A stretch of 63,043 bases of DNA, the filler included. It is 4 parts of 4 records of this genome, joined end to end, with 100 filler letters (N's around TTAATTAATTAA, not from the genome) between each part and the next. Parts side by side here need not be neighbours in the genome. Positions count along the whole stretch, not along the records: positions 1 to 19,774 come from DRR378314_89; 3 more parts are not named here. One strand, 5' to 3'. This document shows, one piece after another, positions 1 to 10,387 of this stretch. The stretch's first letter is position 1. Each line of letters starts with the position of its first letter. The notes under the pieces were generated by a model. It saw only the letters and a program-made list of their open reading frames with translations. It did not search any database and was not told where the DNA came from. Position numbers and translations under genes: made by a program.

Positions 1-1500
1 ATCCTCCAATGTTATCTCATCGATGTCCACGTCCCCGGTATTGGTCAGGGTAAAAGTGTAGAGGATATTGTCCAGACAACCGTTTCCATCTATATCTACG
101 ACTACGCCCTCCTTTATCAAGCCTATACTTGCCGAACCTTCGGTACAGGCGTCGTCCGGTACGGCTGTTCTTGTGGGGTCATCTTCCAAAAGACTGTCAT
201 CATCTGATAGGTCGGATACCGGTACATCCGATAAGGTAAGAGCAGTAACGGTAGCCTGATTGACTATTGCTGCGTTATCGATGTCCTGTTGTGTGATACC
301 ATATATGCCTTGATAGGTCCAGGTCTCACCTACAAACAAGATGCCGTCCTCACCATTATCGCTACCGTCCACAGGGCCTGGTATTTCTCCATTGAACAAA
401 GGGTCCTCAACCAATATCTCCACCAAATCTACATCACCTGTATTGGTTACAGTGAAGGTATAAAGGATACTGTCAATACATCCGTCAGCATCTGCATCAT
501 ATTGAGAGCCTTCTTTGATCATTGCAATATCTGGATTGGCACATATTGCCAAACTGACTACTGTGAGGTCATTTTCCAAGATGCTATCATCATCGGAATC
601 ATCTTCAACTGTTGTGCCCTGTCCTTGAACATCGGCTGTAACTGTTGCTTGGTTGTCCACTTGTCCGTTATTGATATCATCTGGCATAATAATATATTGG
701 GCGGTGTATATCCACGTTTCATCGGGGTCTAGAAAGGTATCATTGTTAAGATCACCAGAATCTGGCCCGGGAATATTTCCACCTAATAATTCATCATTTA
801 GGACTACAATTTCGAGTACGGACAATATACTCTCATTGGTAACTTCAAAAGTATATTGTATAAAATCGCAACCGGGCCCGCCTGTCGCATCCATTGGGGT
901 ACCTGTTTTGATTACCGCTATATTTGGTTGGCAATGTACCAAGCTAATTATGGTATCATCATCCTCGTTTGGGCTATCATTGTCCGAAATATCCTGGACT
1001 GTAACACCGGGTTGACCTTGTACATCGGCATCGACATTGGCTTGCCCATCCACGAATCCAGCATCTATATCTGCTTGTGTAATGATGTAGCCAGCCTCAT
1101 AAATCCATGTTTCCCCAGGATCTATAAAGGTATTGTTGTTATCATCCCCTGAAAGAGGGCCTGCAATGATCCCCCCTAACAGTGGATCTGTTAGAACAAC
1201 ATTTTCAAGGATCTCGCCAGAATCACTTTCGTTGGTTACCTCATAGGTAAACAGTATAGAGTCGCAGCCATTTCCTGGAGAACCAGTGGCGTCCACAGTG
1301 ACCCCAGTTTTGATAAGTGAAATTCTTGGAACAAAAAAATCTATTGTTGATATATACTTGGGATGCGAACCGAGTTCTGAGCCGAAGGAAACATTATTTC
1401 TAATAGTAAAAGCGAGGGTATTGGAAAAGCTGAAGAATGATAGGGCCAAAGTGAGAACTAAGAATTTTATTTTTCTGATTGAATTAAGGGTAAAGAGCAT
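1..1500 (-). CDS. Large repetitive surface adhesin, N-terminal part (DUF7507/DUF11-like Ig repeats; probably a T9SS cargo); runs off the window start
   Basis: Manually translated open frame from ATG at 1500 (MLFTLNSIRKIKFLVLTLALSFFSFS, signal-like). It contains ~115-120 aa repeats IxxIKxG...GCDxIxYTFxVTNxG...GETWxY...ITQxDID...NQATVTA. Absent from the ORF track because there is no stop in the window. Confidence 0.85.
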   Translation of the reverse strand, partial: MLFTLNSIRKIKFLVLTLALSFFSFSNTLAFTIRNNVSFGSELGSHPKYISTIDFFVPRISLIKTGVTVDATGSPGNGCDSILFTYEVTNESDSGEILENVVLTDPLLGGIIAGPLSGDDNNNTFIDPGETWIYEAGYIITQADIDAGFVDGQANVDADVQGQPGVTVQDISDNDSPNEDDDTIISLVHCQPNIAVIKTGTPMDATGGPGCDFIQYTFEVTNESILSVLEIVVLNDELLGGNIPGPDSGDLNNDTFLDPDETWIYTAQYIIMPDDINNGQVDNQATVTADVQGQGTTVEDDSDDDSILENDLTVVSLAICANPDIAMIKEGSQYDADADGCIDSILYTFTVTNTGDVDLVEILVEDPLFNGEIPGPVDGSDNGEDGILFVGETWTYQGIYGITQQDIDNAAIVNQATVTALTLSDVPVSDLSDDDSLLEDDPTRTAVPDDACTEGSASIGLIKEGVVVDIDGNGCLDNILYTFTLTNTGDVDIDEITLED

Positions 1501-1637
1501 GACAGGAGTATTATATTATCGATAGTATCAAATTTGTTAGGCGTAAAAAAATTCTGGAGGTAACTCAATACAAACAGAAAGCTTAAGATGATTCGGCTGC
1601 AAATATCAACTATGATAAAAATTTAATAGGCCAAGAC

Positions 1638-1688
1638 TTATTGAATGCCCCCTTTCAATTGATGAATGCCTTATATGATCTGATGGAA
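1638..1688 (-). promoter_or_regulatory. Three 9-bp direct repeats with 21-bp period (LytTR-type operator geometry) upstream of the adhesin
   Basis: + strand ttattgaat (1638), ttgatgaat (1659), ctgatggaa (1680). A near-TAnnTTTG element (GATATTTG, minus strand) is at 1600-1607. Confidence 0.55.
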
Positions 1689-1815
1689 TTAAAAAGAATA
1701 CTCCTTGATAAAGAAGTAATTGTAGGAATAAAAATATAATGTATATAAGTTTTTACATCTAAAATAATTTGCCAATACCAAGGATACCCTTAACGGTATA
1801 ACTATGGAGACCTCG

Positions 1816-4593
1816 TTAAAGACTTGCTTTTAAATATTTAGCTGTGTAAGAATTTATATTATGAATGACTTCCTCGGGAGTTCCTTCCACTACCAAACTT
1901 CCACCTTTGTCACCGCCTTCGGGACCAAGGTCAATGACGTAATCGGCACATTTAACCAATTCCATATTGTGCTCGATTACAATTACGGAGTGTCCTTTAT
2001 TGATAAGTTCATCAAAGGATTTTAAAAGCTTTTTGATATCATGGAAGTGAAGACCCGTTGTAGGTTCATCAAAGATGAACAAGGCTTTTTCCTTGGTGTG
2101 TCCTTTAACCAAGAACGAAGCTAGTTTTATTCGTTGTGCTTCACCACCGGAAAGGGTAGAGGAGGACTGACCCAGAGCCACGTAACCCAGGCCTACGTCT
2201 TGCAAAGGTTTCAGTTTGTTTACAATTTTGTCCTGATTATGGGCTGAAAAGTGGTCAATGGCATCATCAATGGTCATAGTAAGGATGTCGTCTATGTTTT
2301 TGCCTTCAAACTGAACTTCTAAAATTTCTTTTTTGAAACGCTTTCCATCACAGGCATCACATTCCAAATGAACATCCGCCATAAATTGCATCTCAACTGT
2401 GATTTCTCCTTCGCCCTTGCATTTTTCGCATCGGCCTCCATCTACATTAAAAGAAAAATGCTTGGCCTGGTATCCGCGAAGCTTGCTCAATTTTTGGGAG
2501 GAAAACAGGCTACGGATATCATCGTATGCCTTTATATAGGTAACTGGGTTGGAACGAGAGGAACGACCAATGGGATTCTGATCTACGAACTCCACATGTT
2601 TGATATGGGCATACTTACCTTCCATAGCCGAAAACTGACCGGCTTTTTCTCCATATCCCCCCGTTTCCTTTAATATAGAAGGATATAAAATTTTGCGTAC
2701 CAAAGTACTTTTTCCACTACCTGAAACCCCTGTTACCACGGTGAGTACATTGAGTGGAAAAGTGACATCAATATTTTTGAGGTTGTTTTCTCGGGCTCCT
2801 TTTATTTGAATATAATGTTTGGAATTCCTTCGTTCTTTGGGAACTGGAATTTCCATCGTCCCGTTAAGATAGGATGCCGTTAATGAATCAGATTTAAGAA
2901 TGGCTTCCCAGTTTCCGGTAGCCACTACATTACCGCCCAAGGTCCCGGCTTCCGGACCTATATCGATGATTTCATCAGCAGCTTTCATGATATCCTCATC
3001 ATGTTCCACCACAATAACAGTGTTGCCTAAATCCCGGAGCGATTTAAGCACTTCAATTAAATTTTCAGTGTCTCTTGGATGCAGCCCAATACTGGGTTCA
3101 TCCAAAATATACATAGACCCTACCAAACTGCTCCCCAAGGATGTGGCCAGGTTGATACGTTGACTTTCCCCTCCGGACAGCGTGTTGGATTTTCTATTTA
3201 GGGTGAGGTAGCTCAAACCTACCTTGTCCAAAAAGTCCAAACGCGTAGTGATTTCCTTCAGCAATCTGTTTGAAACGGTCGTGTCATGTTCGGATAGCTG
3301 CAGTTCTTCAAAAAATGGCATTAATTGTTTGATGGGCAGTTCAATCAAATCTGAAATGGATTTTCCGCCGACCTTTACATAATCGGCTTCTTTGCGAAGC
3401 CTTTTACCTTTACATACGGAGCATCTGGTTTTTCCACGATAACGCGAAAGCATCACCCTATTCTGGATTTTATAACTCTTTTCTTCCAGCTGTTCAAAAA
3501 ACTTATGGATTCCTATAAAATGCTCGTTGCCGTCCCAGACCAATTGTTTTTGTTCTTCCGAAAGCTCAAACCAAGGTTTGTGAATTGGAAAATCGAACTT
3601 ATAAGCTGAGTTGACCAATTGGTCGCGATACCAGCCCATACTTTCACCACGCCAAGGGAAAACAGCATTTTCATATACGGATAATGCGGTGTTGGGAATT
3701 ACCAAATCTTCATCAATCCCGATAACATCCCCATAGCCTTCACATTTAGGGCAGGCTCCGTAGGGGTTGTTAAAGCTGAAAAGGTGTGCGTTGGGTTCCA
3801 AAAACTTCATTCCATCCAACTCAAACTGGTTGCTAAAAGTTTTTACTTCTCCAGTTTGAAGGTTTTCAATGGCGCATTGGCCTTTACCTTCAAAAAAGGC
3901 ATTGTCCACCGCATTGGCCAAGCGGTTGTAAAAATCTTCATCATCTTTTACAATGATTCTGTCCACGACCAACTCAAACTCCCTTCCAATATCTTCGGGA
4001 GCTTGATCTATTCGAATGACTTTTCCCTTATATTTAATGCGGGCATACCCTTGTTTGGAAAAAAGCTCCAGCGATTTTAGTGGTTCCCGCTCTTCCTTAA
4101 TTATAATAGGGGCCAATAACAAGAGTTTATCTCTTTCGTTCAGTTCTTTTATATAATTAATGACATCCGTTACGGTGTCCTTTTTTACTTCTTTTCCCGA
4201 AACAGGGGATAGGGTCTTCCCGATTCTTGCATACAACAACTTTAGGTAATCATATATTTCGGTGGTGGTACCCACAGTTGAACGCGGGTTGGTAGAATTT
4301 ACTTTTTGTTCTATGGCAATCGCAGGTGCTATACCTTTTATATAGTCCACTTTGGGTTTGTCCAATTTCCCTAAAAACTGTCGCGCGTAGGAGGATAGGC
4401 TTTCAACATATCTCCGCTGACCCTCCGCATATAAAGTATCAAAAGCCAAACTTGACTTCCCAGAACCCGATAATCCTGTGATTACCACCAATTTATTTCT
4501 TGGGATAACCACATCAATATTTTTAAGGTTATGCAGTTTGGCACCTTTAATGATAATATTCTGCTTGGGATCTACGTTAATATCGATTGCCAT
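1816..4593 (-). CDS. uvrA: Excinuclease ABC subunit A
   Basis: Two Walker A motifs ([16 protein letters not shown]), LSGGE signatures, zinc-finger CxxC pairs. Confidence 0.97.
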   Translation of the reverse strand: MAIDINVDPKQNIIIKGAKLHNLKNIDVVIPRNKLVVITGLSGSGKSSLAFDTLYAEGQRRYVESLSSYARQFLGKLDKPKVDYIKGIAPAIAIEQKVNSTNPRSTVGTTTEIYDYLKLLYARIGKTLSPVSGKEVKKDTVTDVINYIKELNERDKLLLLAPIIIKEEREPLKSLELFSKQGYARIKYKGKVIRIDQAPEDIGREFELVVDRIIVKDDEDFYNRLANAVDNAFFEGKGQCAIENLQTGEVKTFSNQFELDGMKFLEPNAHLFSFNNPYGACPKCEGYGDVIGIDEDLVIPNTALSVYENAVFPWRGESMGWYRDQLVNSAYKFDFPIHKPWFELSEEQKQLVWDGNEHFIGIHKFFEQLEEKSYKIQNRVMLSRYRGKTRCSVCKGKRLRKEADYVKVGGKSISDLIELPIKQLMPFFEELQLSEHDTTVSNRLLKEITTRLDFLDKVGLSYLTLNRKSNTLSGGESQRINLATSLGSSLVGSMYILDEPSIGLHPRDTENLIEVLKSLRDLGNTVIVVEHDEDIMKAADEIIDIGPEAGTLGGNVVATGNWEAILKSDSLTASYLNGTMEIPVPKERRNSKHYIQIKGARENNLKNIDVTFPLNVLTVVTGVSGSGKSTLVRKILYPSILKETGGYGEKAGQFSAMEGKYAHIKHVEFVDQNPIGRSSRSNPVTYIKAYDDIRSLFSSQKLSKLRGYQAKHFSFNVDGGRCEKCKGEGEITVEMQFMADVHLECDACDGKRFKKEILEVQFEGKNIDDILTMTIDDAIDHFSAHNQDKIVNKLKPLQDVGLGYVALGQSSSTLSGGEAQRIKLASFLVKGHTKEKALFIFDEPTTGLHFHDIKKLLKSFDELINKGHSVIVIEHNMELVKCADYVIDLGPEGGDKGGSLVVEGTPEEVIHNINSYTAKYLKASL

Positions 4594-4845
4594 CTGTTAA
4601 AATTAGGGTCTCAAAGATACGATACACTGCACTTAATACGTATATTGCATCAGTTAACATATAAAAATCGTCAACTCACAACATAGATTTTAGGTCGCCT
4701 GCCTATTTATCTATATTTGAAGTGTAATTAAAATCCTGATAGGCCTATACAGAATAATTACTTTTTTAAAGATTAAAAACTGAATAACTAAGGTTTTCCT
4801 TTTTAAAGGGAGGACTGTGATTTTAACCCAAAAAAAGTAATTTGT

Positions 4846-5430
4846 ATGGAACAACTACAGATTAAAGACTCGATTTTAGTAAAGAATTATATTGACGGAG
4901 ACGAAAAAGCTCTTGAAATTCTTATCAACAGGCACAACCAAAGAATCACCAGCTTTATTTATAGCAAAGTTTTGGACAGAGATGTGGCAGAGGACATCTT
5001 CCAAGACACTTTTATCAAGGTGATCAAAACCCTAAAAAAAGGAAAGTATAGTGAAGAAGGAAAGTTTTTGCCGTGGGTGATGCGAATTGCACACAACTTG
5101 GTGATCGATCATTTCCGTAAAAACAAAAGAATGCCCAAATTCGAGGGCAGCGACGACTTCAACATCTTTTCGGTTATCAAAGACGAAAAGTTGAATGCGG
5201 AGAAGCAAATCATCAAAGATCAAATTGAAAGTGATCTCACCAACTTGATTGATGAATTACCGGATGATCAGCGAGAAGTGTTGATCATGCGAATCTACAA
5301 GGACATGAGCTTCAAGGAAATTTCCGAAAACACGAATGTTAGTATCAACACAGCCTTGGGAAGAATGCGATATGCACTGATCAATCTAAGAAAAATCGTA
5401 GAGCGTAAGAATATCGTTTTAACGAATTAA
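4846..5430 (+). CDS. ECF-type RNA polymerase sigma-70 factor
   Basis: Region 2 (AEDIFQDTF, WVMRIAHN) and region 4 (LPDDQREV...SFKEIS); TATATTTG promoter element at 4712-4719. Confidence 0.92.
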   Translation: MEQLQIKDSILVKNYIDGDEKALEILINRHNQRITSFIYSKVLDRDVAEDIFQDTFIKVIKTLKKGKYSEEGKFLPWVMRIAHNLVIDHFRKNKRMPKFEGSDDFNIFSVIKDEKLNAEKQIIKDQIESDLTNLIDELPDDQREVLIMRIYKDMSFKEISENTNVSINTALGRMRYALINLRKIVERKNIVLTN

Positions 5431-5480
5431 TCGGCATTACGTCGAAGCCTGCAATATTTCCAATCTAGCGCCGTTATATA

Positions 5481-5651
5481 ATGGAAACAATTACTTACGC
5501 TAGAAATATGGAAAACATTTACTCTGAAGAACAAAAATCCGTAAAAACGGTAAAAGCTAGTCAGAAAACAGTAGATTTTTTGCTTAGTTTTTCGAAATCG
5601 ATTCATGTAGTTGACTACAAAAAACACCAGTTTGAAGTAACATTGAATTAA
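5481..5651 (+). CDS. Small hypothetical protein (56 aa; 47 aa from ATG 5508) downstream of the ECF sigma
   Basis: Manually read ORF METITYARNMENIYSEEQKSVKTVKASQKTVDFLLSFSKSIHVVDYKKHQFEVTLN, below the ORF-track cutoff, followed by a terminator. Confidence 0.65.
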   Translation: METITYARNMENIYSEEQKSVKTVKASQKTVDFLLSFSKSIHVVDYKKHQFEVTLN

Positions 5652-5670
5652 TTTAAGGATCAAACTGACG

Positions 5671-5698
5671 AAAAGAGCCGCAATTAGCGGCTCTTTTT
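5671..5698. terminator. Bidirectional intrinsic terminator
   Basis: aaaagagccgc-aatta-gcggctcttttt between convergent genes. Confidence 0.75.
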
Positions 5699-6346
5699 GT
5701 TTTTATGATATTCGTTGATTACCGCTTTTCTTCCAATCGTCTTGGTGATAATATCTTTTTCCAAATCCCAGCCCCTCGCTGGTGAATATTCCCTACCGTA
5801 CCAAATAATTTGAAGATGCAAACGGTTCCATATCTCTTTAGGAAATAATCGTTTGGCATCGCGTTCTGTCTGTACTACATTTTTACCGTTGCTAAAACCC
5901 CAGCGGTACATCAACCGGTGAATATGCGTATCAACAGGAAAAGCGGGTATTCCAAAAGCTTGGGAAACCACAACACTGGCAGTTTTATGGCCCACCGCCG
6001 GTAATTCCTCCAACAAGGCAATATCTCGGGGGACCTTACCATTGTATTTTTCGATCAATATTTTTGAGAGGCCATAAATGCCCTTTGACTTCATGGGGGA
6101 GAGACCCACAGGTTTAATGATTTCTCGTATTTCCTCTACCGTTAGTTTTACCATAGCATACGGATTGTCCGCTTTTTCAAACAACAAAGGTGTAATTTGG
6201 TTGACCCGTACGTCGGTGCTTTGGGCTGATAGCAAAACCGCTATCAATAACGTATAAGGGTCTTTATGATCTAAGGGGATCGGGATGGTAGGATAGAGTT
6301 CATCCAAGGTTTTGATGGCAAAATCAACCTTTTCTTGTTTGGTCAT
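5684..6346 (-). CDS. nth: Endonuclease III (HhH-GPD), without the C-terminal 4Fe-4S Cys motif
   Basis: LLSAQSTD, LPAVGHKTA HhH motif, VDTHIHR. Confidence 0.92.
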   Translation of the reverse strand: MTKQEKVDFAIKTLDELYPTIPIPLDHKDPYTLLIAVLLSAQSTDVRVNQITPLLFEKADNPYAMVKLTVEEIREIIKPVGLSPMKSKGIYGLSKILIEKYNGKVPRDIALLEELPAVGHKTASVVVSQAFGIPAFPVDTHIHRLMYRWGFSNGKNVVQTERDAKRLFPKEIWNRLHLQIIWYGREYSPARGWDLEKDIITKTIGRKAVINEYHKNKKSR

Positions 6347-6401
6347 ATTTGTTTAACTTTGATAATGTAAATATTAAACAATTAATTCAAGAGCAACGCA
6401 A

Positions 6402-6854
6402 ATGAATATGTTAAAAGTAGGAGATAAAGTACCTGAATTTTCAGCAAAAGACCAAGACGGCAATACAATTAATCTTAGTGACTACAAAGGTAAAAAGTTG
6501 GTCGTATTTTTCTATCCAAAAGCAAATACCCCGGGTTGTACGGCAGAAGCATGCAATTTAAGGGATAATTACAAGGAATTGCAGGACCAAGGATTTGAAC
6601 TCTTGGGCGTAAGTGCCGATTCGGAGAAGAAACAATCCAATTTTAAAAACAAATACGAGTTTCCTTTTCCGTTATTGGCGGATGAAGACCATACGGTAAT
6701 CAATACCTTTGGTGTTTGGGGGCCAAAGAAATTTATGGGGAGGGAATACGATGGTATTCACCGAACCACTTTTGTGATTGATGGAGATGGTGTTGTGGAA
6801 AATGTGATTGAAAAGGTAAAAACAAAAGATCACGCGGCCCAGATTTTGTCTTAA
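6402..6854 (+). CDS. bcp: Thioredoxin-dependent thiol peroxidase
   Basis: FYPKANTPGCTAEAC motif. Confidence 0.95.
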   Translation: MNMLKVGDKVPEFSAKDQDGNTINLSDYKGKKLVVFFYPKANTPGCTAEACNLRDNYKELQDQGFELLGVSADSEKKQSNFKNKYEFPFPLLADEDHTVINTFGVWGPKKFMGREYDGIHRTTFVIDGDGVVENVIEKVKTKDHAAQILS

Positions 6855-6864
6855 AATACTATTT

Positions 6865-6936
6865 GTCACATCGAGCGCAGTCGAGATGTCATGAAACAGG
6901 AAACATTTTAAAGTTCTCGACTGCGCTCGAACTGAC
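6865..6936. repeat. Inverted pair of GTCA-footed palindromic (REP-like) units
   Basis: gtcacatcgagcgcagtcgagatgtc (6865-6890) and gttctcgactgcgctcgaactgac (6913-6936). Confidence 0.85.
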
Positions 6937-6947
6937 CATTTAAACAT

Positions 6948-6975
6948 AAAAAAGGCGCTGAATCAGCGCCTTTTT
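6948..6975. terminator. Bidirectional intrinsic terminator
   Basis: aaaaaaggcgctga-a-tcagcgccttttt. Confidence 0.8.
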
Positions 6976-6979
6976 CTTT

Positions 6980-8437
6980 CTATTCTTTCTCTTCGAGAAC
7001 TTTTTTGGTAAATAAGTTCTTCTCTTTTATAATTTCTGCGATACCTTCTGGTAATTCTTCTTCCCATCCATCATCCTTATTGATGATTTTTTTGAGTACA
7101 TCCCTGGAGAAAATATGAAGCACATCGGGGTCGTAATCTATAATGTCCATAACCTTGCCATTGTACTTAAAGAATTTGTAAAGCTCCTTCATCCTTGGGT
7201 GTACCTTCACGTTGTTACTGGTAAGGATTTGCCCGGTTTCTGGATCTTTCATCGGATATAGATAAACCTTCAAATCTTTAAAGAACAGTTTTCCGAAAGC
7301 TTCCAGAATACCACCACTTAAGTGACGGTAATACTTTTCATCAAACACATCCACCAAGTTGTTGACACCCATGGTTAAGCCAATCTTAGATTTGGTGTAA
7401 TTGTGAAAGTATTCCACCAATTTATAGTACTCTTGGAATTTTGATATAAGCACGGTATGGCCGAGGGAACAAAGTAGTTCTGCACGATCCATGAAGTCTT
7501 GTTCATCAATTTCGCCAGAAGCCTTGAGGTTGGACAGTGTTATCTCGAAAACTACAATGGTATTCTCGTATTCAACCGTCTGTTCCCGAACAAAAATATC
7601 ATAGGACTTTTGGAACATGTCCATATTTACCTTGGTAACCGGTCTAAAACTACCGCGAAGTGCTAAAATACTCTTTTTATAAAGTACCGCGGCAGGAAGC
7701 AAATTGTTGCCATCAGGACCGAACATTACTGCATCCGTCATATCGTTCTTAATAAGCTGAAGACTCATCAAACGGTTATCGACATCCGCGAAATTAGGTC
7801 CCGTAAAATTGATCATATCAATTTCCAAAGTATCTTGGTCGATATGGTCGTACAGATATTTTAAAAGTTTTCTGGGCTTATGGAACTTAAAAAATGCGCC
7901 ATAAATTAAGTTTACCCCAAGTATCCCTAAAGTTTCTTGCTGTAATCTGGCCTCATTTTGTTTAAAACGGATATGAAGTACGATTTCGTCATATTCCTTT
8001 TGATCGGGGTCTAATTGAAATCGAAGTCCGACCCACCCATGTCCTTTATATCTTTTGGAAAAATCGATAGTCGCCACCGTGTTGGCATAACTAAAGAACA
8101 AATAATCAGGGTTACTGTCCCTGCTTATTCGCTCTTCGACCAAGCGCATTTCGTGGTCCAACATCTTTTTTAAACGGGACTGTGTCACGTAGCGCCCATC
8201 TTCCTCAATACCGTAAATGGCATCACTAAAGGATTTATCGTAAGCGCTCATTGCTTTTGCAATGGTCCCGGAAGCCCCGCCTGCTCTAAAAAAGTGTCTG
8301 GCGGTTTCCTGTCCTGCGCCAATTTCGGCAAAGGTTCCATAAATGTCACGATTCAAATTTATCCTAAGGGTTTTCGCCTTTATGGAAGGAATGTTTTCAA
8401 AAGCATTTTCTTTGCTTGGTATGCTCGGCATGTCCAT
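6980..8437 (-). CDS. Conserved Bacteroidota protein: CinA/PncC-like N-terminus plus nicotinate-nucleotide adenylyltransferase-like C-terminus
   Basis: GTFAEIGAGQE...GGASGTIAKAMSAYD; LRGSFRPVT resembles the nucleotidyltransferase GSFnP motif; start codon uncertain. Confidence 0.6.
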   Translation of the reverse strand: MDMPSIPSKENAFENIPSIKAKTLRINLNRDIYGTFAEIGAGQETARHFFRAGGASGTIAKAMSAYDKSFSDAIYGIEEDGRYVTQSRLKKMLDHEMRLVEERISRDSNPDYLFFSYANTVATIDFSKRYKGHGWVGLRFQLDPDQKEYDEIVLHIRFKQNEARLQQETLGILGVNLIYGAFFKFHKPRKLLKYLYDHIDQDTLEIDMINFTGPNFADVDNRLMSLQLIKNDMTDAVMFGPDGNNLLPAAVLYKKSILALRGSFRPVTKVNMDMFQKSYDIFVREQTVEYENTIVVFEITLSNLKASGEIDEQDFMDRAELLCSLGHTVLISKFQEYYKLVEYFHNYTKSKIGLTMGVNNLVDVFDEKYYRHLSGGILEAFGKLFFKDLKVYLYPMKDPETGQILTSNNVKVHPRMKELYKFFKYNGKVMDIIDYDPDVLHIFSRDVLKKIINKDDGWEEELPEGIAEIIKEKNLFTKKVLEEKE

Positions 8438-8520
8438 TTTTTTAATGTACAGCAAAGTTACACTCTTCAAACAATCTATTAAATAAATAAGTTATAATTT
8501 TGAAATTAATGGATGATACG

Positions 8521-9285
8521 ATGACCATTACTTTTTTGGGCACAGGAACTTCACAGGGAATTCCCGTTATTGGAAGTAACCACCCTGTTTGCCTGAGCAC
8601 GGACCCCAAGGACAAGAGACTCCGTGTATCCGTATTGATTTCTTGGAAAAACTACAATTATGTTATTGATTGCGGCCCGGATTTTAGACAACAAATGCTC
8701 ACCAATCCCATAGATAAATTGGATGGCATTTTGTTTACCCACGAACATGCCGATCATACAGCGGGCATTGATGATATTCGCCCCTTTTTCTTTAGACAAG
8801 GGGATATCCCTATTTATGCACATCCCAGGGTCCTTGATTCCTTGCGAAAACGTTTTGACTACATTTTTGCAGATGAAGACCGTTACCCAGGAGCACCTGC
8901 AGTGCAGGTCCACGAAGTTGCAAAGAACAAAAATATCCCTTTGGGCGATATAGACGTAGTTCCCATTGAAGCTTTCCATAATCGATTACAAGTTTTTGGT
9001 TATCGATTTGGAGAATTTGTGTACATGACGGATGTAAAAAGGGTAGAGGAAGAGGAAATAAAAAAAATGAAGGGAGCCAAGGTTTTGGTAATAAATGCCC
9101 TACGCATAGAACCCCACCATTCCCATTTTAATTTAAAGGAAGCATTGGAGTTTGCCAAAAAAGTAGGGGCGGAACAAACTTATTTCACCCATATCAGTGC
9201 TTTGTTGGGTTTTCATGAAGAAGTGGAAAAAAATCTCCCCAAAAACATACATTTGGCCTACGATAACCTAAAAATAAAAATATAG
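8521..9285 (+). CDS. MBL-fold metallo-hydrolase (PhnP-like)
   Basis: FLGTGTSQGIP and THEHADH motifs. Confidence 0.9.
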   Translation: MTITFLGTGTSQGIPVIGSNHPVCLSTDPKDKRLRVSVLISWKNYNYVIDCGPDFRQQMLTNPIDKLDGILFTHEHADHTAGIDDIRPFFFRQGDIPIYAHPRVLDSLRKRFDYIFADEDRYPGAPAVQVHEVAKNKNIPLGDIDVVPIEAFHNRLQVFGYRFGEFVYMTDVKRVEEEEIKKMKGAKVLVINALRIEPHHSHFNLKEALEFAKKVGAEQTYFTHISALLGFHEEVEKNLPKNIHLAYDNLKIKI

Positions 9286-9329
9286 AAGTCCTTAATACGT
9301 TATGATAACATGTTCCAAATTGTTGGATT

Positions 9330-9354
9330 GTCATCTTGAGCGCAGTCGAAAGAT
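9330..9354 (+). repeat. GTCA-footed palindromic unit
   Basis: gtcatcttgagcgcagtcgaaagat. Confidence 0.8.
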
Positions 9355-9425
9355 AGACTAAAACATCTCGAATATGCTTTATGTGAGATAAATTGGAAAT
9401 AAAGATTTACAAAATTTTCAAATCT

Positions 9426-9923
9426 ATGAAAAACAACATTTTTCTATACCTATTTGTTTTTGCCGCCTTATTGGCCCTGTTTCAATACGTAACGGGGAAT
9501 AATATGCAAAAAGCCCTGACTTCTGATGTTGGACAACTTGAAGAAAAAGTGTTACAATTGGAGGATTCCTTGCAAACCATGCACCTTAAGGTGTTGGATA
9601 TGCAGTACTTTACCTTGCAGAACAATGATGACGCTTTGGCCTATTATGAACATTTGGATTTAGAAAATCCCTCGCTCTACATTCAGGATAAGTTATTGGA
9701 GACCAACGAACAAAAGGGGGACAATCCCTTGATACCCTATGAAGGGATGGAAAGTGATTTTAAGATCAACAAAATCAAGGTCCTCAACCATAAATGGATT
9801 TTGGCGGATTTCTCCGATGGCAAATATTGGGGAGACCTCATCATAAAATATGAGCTAAAAGATGATTTGAGCGTAGATTTCACGATGGCCGAACACTTGC
9901 TTTACGCTCCGCAGGATTATTAG
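9426..9923 (+). CDS. Conserved membrane-anchored hypothetical protein
   Basis: N-terminal TM segment, coiled coil, KVLNHKWILADFSDGKYWG. Confidence 0.75.
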   Translation: MKNNIFLYLFVFAALLALFQYVTGNNMQKALTSDVGQLEEKVLQLEDSLQTMHLKVLDMQYFTLQNNDDALAYYEHLDLENPSLYIQDKLLETNEQKGDNPLIPYEGMESDFKINKIKVLNHKWILADFSDGKYWGDLIIKYELKDDLSVDFTMAEHLLYAPQDY

Positions 9924-10273
9924 TGTTTACAGTTTTGGCATTGGCCCAGGGTCTCACACACTGATTTTCCCGAATGAACTTTGTTGTCATGTTGAGCAAA
10001 AGCGAAAAATCCCCATACCCTCAATGTCAGGAAGATTCTTCGATCGCTGCGCTCCTTCAGAATGACGGGTTCATGCAAGCTTCCGACCTCTAGCATCGGA
10101 CAACCAAATTCCAATAAGCAGTGGGCAGTCCACAAAGTTCAAGTTCAAAATTCAAGTTCAAGTTCAGGAGCAGATAAAATCAAAAAAACAAGAAACCCTT
10201 AACCTTTAACCTTTAACCCTTAACCCGTTACCCTTCACCCTTCACTTTTAACCCAAGAACCGACCTCGAGCAC
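9924..10273. repeat. Composite repeat block: GTCA palindromes (9986-10066) followed by ordered 6-7-mer tandem families
   Basis: Units caaattc, gcagtgg, (aagttc)n, (accctta)n, ending cccaagaaccgacctcgagcac. Confidence 0.85.
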
Positions 10274-10320
10274 AACTCATCTGGCTTACCGTATGCAGGA
10301 AGACTAGGAGGGGACAACAC

Positions 10321-10355
10321 AAAAAACCGGAAAGGCGCTGTGTCCCTTCCGGTTT
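10321..10355 (-). terminator. Intrinsic terminator of the BspA-like gene
   Basis: aaaaaaccggaaagg...cccttccggtttt. Confidence 0.7.
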
Positions 10356-10387
10356 TGCTCAAAATAATCCTTGTGCTTATGGTCCCT

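Noticed and set aside
68-1525. Plus-strand ORFs
   Set aside because: Antisense shadows of the minus-strand adhesin
5427-5663. 78-aa minus-strand ORF
   Set aside because: Antisense shadow of the more plausible plus-strand small ORF 5481-5651
10191-10250. (ACCCTTA)n looks like a telomeric repeat
   Set aside because: Internal to a bacterial contig and one of many 7-mer families in the array
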